From the NCBI GenBank assembly GCA_965248835.1, contig CBDFLJ010000001.1, forward strand, positions 224,001 to 288,000: a DNA stretch of 64,000 nucleotides. The letters run 5' to 3'. Shown one piece after another: positions 59,550 to 64,000 of this stretch; positions within the stretch are counted from its first letter, which is position 1, and each line of letters starts with the position of its first letter. The position numbers were made by a program, and so were the translations under genes. The notes under the pieces are model-generated. The model saw only the letters and a program-made list of their open reading frames with translations, made no database searches and was not told where the DNA came from. This DNA comes from Alphaproteobacteria bacterium (GTDB lineage: Bacteria > Pseudomonadota > Alphaproteobacteria > MPNO01).

Positions 59550-60341
59550 TCAGTAGGCCACGTAGAGCGTCGCGCCGCCGTCCACGGCAATCGCCTGGCC
59601 GGTGATGGCGCCGGCCTGTACCGATGCCAGGAAGACGACCAACGGCGCGATGTCGCCGGGCTCGACGACGCGGCCGATCGGAATGCCGGCAGCTATCGCC
59701 TGTTCCGCCGCCTCGAGGGTGAGGCCGCGTTCGCGCGCAACGGCGGCGACGCGGTCGGGGTGGCGCTCGGTTCTGGTGAGAAACGGATGCACGACGTTGA
59801 CGGTGATGCCGTCCGGCGCCGCATCGATGCTGAAATGCTTGACGAAGTTCGCCAGCGCCGCGTTGCCGAGCCCGCCCGGCAGCGAGGCCCGTTCCGGTGC
59901 CCGCGCCGAGGTGCCGCCGATGCAGATGATGCGCCCGCGGCCGGACTTGCGCAGATGCGGCAGTGCGGCGCGGGCGCACCGCATCGAGGCGAGCGTCTTG
60001 CCCATCAGCCGCTCCATCAACGCATCGTCGCCCAGAGTCTCGAGCCGGCCGCTGACGTTGGTCGAGGCGTTGCTCACCAGCACGTCGAGCCGCCCGAACG
60101 CTTCGGCTGCACGCGCGACTGCACGCGTGCAGCCCTCGGCGGTGAAAAGGTCGGCGACGATCGCCGCGGTGCGGACGCCGCGTTCGGCGATCGCCGCGCG
60201 CGCGGTCTGCAAGACTGCCTCCTCTCGCGCGCAAATCGCGACGTCGGCACCGTGCTCGGCGAAGCCGAGCGCGATGGCAAGTCCGATGCCGCGGTTCCCG
60301 CCGGTGACCAGGACCGCCCTGTCTTTCAGACCGAATTCCAC
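59550..60341 (-). CDS. SDR-family oxidoreductase
   Basis: VTGGNRGIG, LVSNA, N..L..F.K in place of YxxxK, ITGQAIAVDGG. Confidence 0.88.
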   Translation of the reverse strand: MEFGLKDRAVLVTGGNRGIGLAIALGFAEHGADVAICAREEAVLQTARAAIAERGVRTAAIVADLFTAEGCTRAVARAAEAFGRLDVLVSNASTNVSGRLETLGDDALMERLMGKTLASMRCARAALPHLRKSGRGRIICIGGTSARAPERASLPGGLGNAALANFVKHFSIDAAPDGITVNVVHPFLTRTERHPDRVAAVARERGLTLEAAEQAIAAGIPIGRVVEPGDIAPLVVFLASVQAGAITGQAIAVDGGATLYVAY

Positions 60342-60347
60342 GCGCGT

Positions 60348-60920
60348 TCAGACGACCTTTTGGAGCTTCGGGTTGCGCCGGACATAGGAATTGGTCTCGG
60401 GCTTGTAGTAGGCTCGGTCGTCCTTGTAGCGGCCGCCGACGACGGTCACCGACCAGGTGTCGTCGGTCAGTGCGGTGAAGCCGTGGATCTCCGCCGGCGG
60501 GGCGACGATGGCCATGTCGTTGCGCTCCAGGGTCCTGTCGTCGATGACCTCGAGCTCGGCATAGCCCTCGGTGGTGCCGTCGTCCTTGCGGTCGTAGACG
60601 GTGTGCCGGAGGCGCCCGCTATAGATCGCCATCGCTTCCCACACGCCGTGGTCGTGCGGCGGGATGTCCTTGCCCCTGGGCAGGTGGTCGAAGGTAATCG
60701 ACATCTCGCCGTCATAGTACAGGTAGCGGGACTCATCGATGTGGTTGCCTTCGCGCTTTACGCCCACGCCGGTCAGGTCGCGCGCCAGGATCCTGGTCAA
60801 CGGCTCGCGCAATCCCTCGAGCAGCTTTGGCCCGTCGAAGCCGTGCACCGACATCAGCCGCTGCGCCTCCCGGGCGAGATCGCGGATCGCGTAGTCGTCC
60901 TGTTTGACGCCGTTTGCCAT
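60348..60920 (-). CDS. Cysteine-dioxygenase-like cupin
   Basis: PPHDHGVW...IYSG...H..Y and EIH, a 3-His motif; GGAG RBS. Confidence 0.75.
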   Translation of the reverse strand: MANGVKQDDYAIRDLAREAQRLMSVHGFDGPKLLEGLREPLTRILARDLTGVGVKREGNHIDESRYLYYDGEMSITFDHLPRGKDIPPHDHGVWEAMAIYSGRLRHTVYDRKDDGTTEGYAELEVIDDRTLERNDMAIVAPPAEIHGFTALTDDTWSVTVVGGRYKDDRAYYKPETNSYVRRNPKLQKVV

Positions 60921-61145
60921 GGGCTCGGTCTCCTCCCCGGTTCAGCAGAACTGATTTTGTAGATCGAAGTCCGCTCAAACACAAAGCGGCTTCACGCGTG
61001 AGAGTCCAAAAATGGACTCCGACCCCGTTTTGCGATTTGCATCGCAAGCCTTCGCGTCACCGCGCAGGTCAAACCGGGTGACGCGCCGCCGCCGGCATGG
61101 GTACGATGTCGGGTCCGATGCGATGTCGAGGGGAGGACAGGAGCC

Positions 61146-62171
61146 ATGTCGATGAGCCGCGGCCAGCAGGTCGTGATGTGGAAGGAGACGCTGGCGCTGT
61201 GCGGGCTCGGAGCCGATGAGTCCGTGGTCGTGCTAACCGGCGAGAATACGCGCCCCGAAAATCTCGAAGCGGCGACGACCGCGGTCCAGGAGATCCGCGC
61301 CCGCCTCGTCCGGCTGCACATCTACGACGGCGCCGGCCGGCTTGCCGACAACCTCCCGGCGATGGAGGGGCTCCGCCGGGCCGACATGGTGATCGACCTG
61401 GTCGGTATCCACCTGCTGCGCGGCGGCGAGCAGGAGGCGGTCATGAAAGCCGGCACGCGAATCCTCTACGTCACCGAGCCGCCGGATGTGCTGGCGCGCA
61501 TGCCGCCCTCGCCGGACGACAAGGCGCGGGTCTGCGCCGCCGCCCGCGCGATCGAGAAGACCAGCCAGATGCAGGTCACCTCCGCAGCCGGCACCGAGCT
61601 TACCGTCAGGCTCGGCGAATACCCGATCCTGCGCGAGTACGGCTATGCCGACGAGCCCGGCCATTGGGACCACTGGCCGGCCGGCTTCATCGCCACTTGG
61701 CCCAACGAGCGCACCGCATCCGGCACGGTCGTTCTCGACCGGGGCGACATCATCTTCCCGTTCAACACCTACGTGAACACCCCGATCCGCCTGACGATCG
61801 AGGACGGCTACATCAGCGACATCGACGGCGCGTTCGACGCGGAGTATCTGAGCGAATATTTCCGCCAATACGGTGATCCGGAGGCCTATGCGGTCTCCCA
61901 TCTCGGCTGGGGGCTGCAGCCCAAGGCGCGCTGGACCGCGCTGGGCATCATGAAGGACCGGACCAACGGCAACGACGGACGCTCGTTCTACGGCAACTTC
62001 ATGTTCTCGACCGGGCCGAACACCGATGCCGGCGGTACGCGCGACACGTTGTGCCACCTCGACATGCCGATGCGCAATTGTTCGGTCTGGCTCGACGAGA
62101 CGCCGATGCTCATCAAGGGCGAGGTCATCCCCGAGGATCAGCGCGTCGCCGACATGGGGCAGACACGATAG
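61146..62171 (+). CDS. 2,5-dihydroxypyridine 5,6-dioxygenase (NicX)-like protein
   Basis: EPPDVLARM.P..DDK.RV, EYGYADEPG.WDHWP.GF..TWPNE, SHLGWGLQP.A.WTA, FSTGPNT, CHLD. Confidence 0.85.
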   Translation: MSMSRGQQVVMWKETLALCGLGADESVVVLTGENTRPENLEAATTAVQEIRARLVRLHIYDGAGRLADNLPAMEGLRRADMVIDLVGIHLLRGGEQEAVMKAGTRILYVTEPPDVLARMPPSPDDKARVCAAARAIEKTSQMQVTSAAGTELTVRLGEYPILREYGYADEPGHWDHWPAGFIATWPNERTASGTVVLDRGDIIFPFNTYVNTPIRLTIEDGYISDIDGAFDAEYLSEYFRQYGDPEAYAVSHLGWGLQPKARWTALGIMKDRTNGNDGRSFYGNFMFSTGPNTDAGGTRDTLCHLDMPMRNCSVWLDETPMLIKGEVIPEDQRVADMGQTR

Positions 62172-62174
62172 GCG

Positions 62175-63056
62175 ATGGCCGGCTTGAACCGGCCGACGAC
62201 CGGCGCGATCGACATCGTGGTCAACCTGTTCACCCCGCGTGAGGTGCGGGACGGCAGCCTCGGCATCGACCCGGCCTTCATGGAACAGCTCAGGATGCCC
62301 GAGGCGATGAGGAACGGCGTGCCGATCCCGGATTACCTCCGGAAGATGGACCGCGCCGGCATCGCCCGCTCGCTTCTGGTGGCTGCGCGCGCCGGGGACC
62401 GGCGCGAGCGCGATTCGGCCGAGGTGCCCTACGCGCGCGTCCACGCCGTCTGCCGGCGCCATCCGGACCGGTTCTCGGGCCTTGCCGGGATCGATCCGTT
62501 CCGCGGCATGGAAGGGCTGCGCGAGCTCGAGCATGCGGTGCGTGCGCTGGGCTTCGTCGGCGCCCATATCTACCCGCACCATTTCGAACTCGCCCCCGAC
62601 CACGCGAAGTACTACCCCTACTACGCCAAATGCTGCGAACTCGACGTGCCCGTCATGATGCAGGTCGGCCAGAGCCTAGTCTATCAGGCCGGCCGGCGGC
62701 GGCCGAGCGTCGGGCGGCCGATCGCGCTGGACCGCATCGCCTGCGACTTTCCGGAACTGCGCATCCTCGGCATCCATATCGGCATCCCGTGGACCGAGGA
62801 GATGATCGCTATGGCCTGGAAGCATGACAATGTCTTCATCGGAACCGATGCCCACGCGCCGCGTCATTGGCCGGCGCCGTTCGTCCACTTTCTCCAGACC
62901 TACGGCCGCCACAAGGTGCTGTTCGGTACCGACTGGCCGGCGATCGATCCCGAGCGCGCGGTGGCCGAGATTGCAGCCCTCGACATCCGCCCCGACGCCG
63001 CGGCCCTGGTGATGGGCGAGAACGCGCGCCGGGTCTTCGGGCTGCCGCAAGGGTAA
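62175..63056 (+). CDS. Amidohydrolase_2-family protein
   Basis: GLAGIDP, GAH.YPH, YYPYYAKC.ELDVP, H.G.PW, VLFGTDWP. Confidence 0.88.
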   Translation: MAGLNRPTTGAIDIVVNLFTPREVRDGSLGIDPAFMEQLRMPEAMRNGVPIPDYLRKMDRAGIARSLLVAARAGDRRERDSAEVPYARVHAVCRRHPDRFSGLAGIDPFRGMEGLRELEHAVRALGFVGAHIYPHHFELAPDHAKYYPYYAKCCELDVPVMMQVGQSLVYQAGRRRPSVGRPIALDRIACDFPELRILGIHIGIPWTEEMIAMAWKHDNVFIGTDAHAPRHWPAPFVHFLQTYGRHKVLFGTDWPAIDPERAVAEIAALDIRPDAAALVMGENARRVFGLPQG

Positions 63057-63081
63057 GGCGGATGGACAGGCGGTCAGGGTG

Positions 63082-64000
63082 ATGCCGGCCAGACGACAGC
63101 CCGCGGGACCGGAGAGCGCAGCCTTCGCACCGACCCGCTTTGCCGTCCCGGACATCGCCATGCGCCGCGAGTCCGACGGCACCATCCGGCTCGCCTCCAA
63201 CACGCCGCTCGGCGCCTACGACCGGCAGGTCGGGATCTGGCTGCGGCGCTGGGCGGAGGCGCGGCCCGAAGCGCTGTTCCTTGCCGCGCGCGAGGACGGC
63301 GGCGGCTGGCGCGAGGTCACCTACGGCACCGCGCGGCAGGTAGTGGACCGGCTCTCGCAGGCGCTTCTGGATCGCGGGCTCGGTGCCGCACGCCCGCTCG
63401 CCATCTTGTCGGAGAAGAGCATCGATCACGGCTTGCTGGGTCTTGCCGCCATGCAGGTCGGCATTCCGGTGATGCCGATCTCGCCGTCCTATTCGCTAAT
63501 CCCGCAAGCCATCGACCGGCTGCGCCACGCCGTCGAATGCGTCCGACCGGCGATGATCTATGTCGAAGACGGCCCGCCGTTCGACCGGGCGCTGGGCGAG
63601 ATCCTGCGGCCCGACCAGACCGTGGTTCACGGCCGGCGCCCGCCCGGCGCGGCGCCGTCGATTCCGTTCGCCGCACTGGCCGCGGCCGAGACCGGCCCGG
63701 ACGTCGAGCGCGCCTTCGATGCGGTGGCGCCCGAGGACGTGGCGAAGATCCTGTTCACCTCGGGTTCGACCGGCGTGCCCAAGGCGGTGCCCAACACCCA
63801 CCGCATGCTGTGCTCCAACCAGCAGGCGCTGGCCCGGCTCTTCCAATTCTACGAGGACACCCCGCCCGTCGTGGTCGATTGGCAGCCGTGGCATCATGCC
63901 GGCGGCGCCAACTACAATTTCAATGCCGTTCTGCGCAACGGCGGCGCCTACCATATCGACCTCGGCAGGCCGACCGAGGACGGCATCGCGGTGACGGTCG
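63082..64000 (+). CDS. Feruloyl-CoA synthetase-like acyl-CoA ligase (runs off window end)
   Basis: Translated by hand: RRESDGTIRL.S..PLGAY...WLRRWA..RP...FLA.R; ISPSYSL; AMP-binding KILFTSGSTGVPKAV.NTH.MLCSNQ. Confidence 0.85.
   Translation, partial: MPARRQPAGPESAAFAPTRFAVPDIAMRRESDGTIRLASNTPLGAYDRQVGIWLRRWAEARPEALFLAAREDGGGWREVTYGTARQVVDRLSQALLDRGLGAARPLAILSEKSIDHGLLGLAAMQVGIPVMPISPSYSLIPQAIDRLRHAVECVRPAMIYVEDGPPFDRALGEILRPDQTVVHGRRPPGAAPSIPFAALAAAETGPDVERAFDAVAPEDVAKILFTSGSTGVPKAVPNTHRMLCSNQQALARLFQFYEDTPPVVVDWQPWHHAGGANYNFNAVLRNGGAYHIDLGRPTEDGIAVTV

Noticed and set aside
55002-60962. Long alternative-frame or antisense ORFs (55002..56861, 57514..59556, 59268..60962 and similar elsewhere)
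   Set aside because: Arg/Gly/Pro-rich shadows expected in high-GC DNA, overlapping well-supported genes.
1-64000. CRISPR array, tRNA, rRNA, riboswitch, defence genes
   Set aside because: No spaced repeats, cloverleafs or recognisable motifs seen by eye; an Infernal/Rfam scan is needed to exclude small RNAs.

Overview
GC-rich bacterial DNA, very likely alphaproteobacterial (dapF-mtaB-ftsY synteny; GAAC-N7-GAAC LexA-type box). The window has two parts. Bases 1 to ~47.2 kb form an IS-riddled accessory region (IS630 x3, IS5 x2 plus an extra end, IS6 x2, IS66 x2, IS3 x3, IS256, IS21, IS1380, IS1595). It carries catabolic modules: two TRAP transporters; a hydantoinase-B/acetone-carboxylase-like pair; two divergent methanesulfonate-monooxygenase-like (MsmAB-like) Rieske oxygenases with a DapA-family aldolase; a LysR-linked minus-strand cluster (two HpaB-family monooxygenases, VOC dioxygenase, RidA, CoxL-like Mo enzyme, RraA-like aldolase, cupin, ABC transporter with a TorT-like binding protein); an amidase; and a twice-interrupted autotransporter barrel. 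This region ends at a tandem pair of intact tyrosine integrases whose flank cuts a CoxL-like gene at its xYRGAGR active-site loop. Bases ~47.2-64 kb contain no IS: FAH, CMD, NUDIX, OCD, two divergent NicX-like ring-cleavage dioxygenases, a Rieske oxygenase, ftsY-mtaB-dapF, a third CoxL-like subunit, SDR, CDO-like cupin, amidohydrolase and a feruloyl-CoA-synthetase-like ligase. I saw no rRNA, tRNA or CRISPR array. Family calls come from motif recognition by eye, not database searches.
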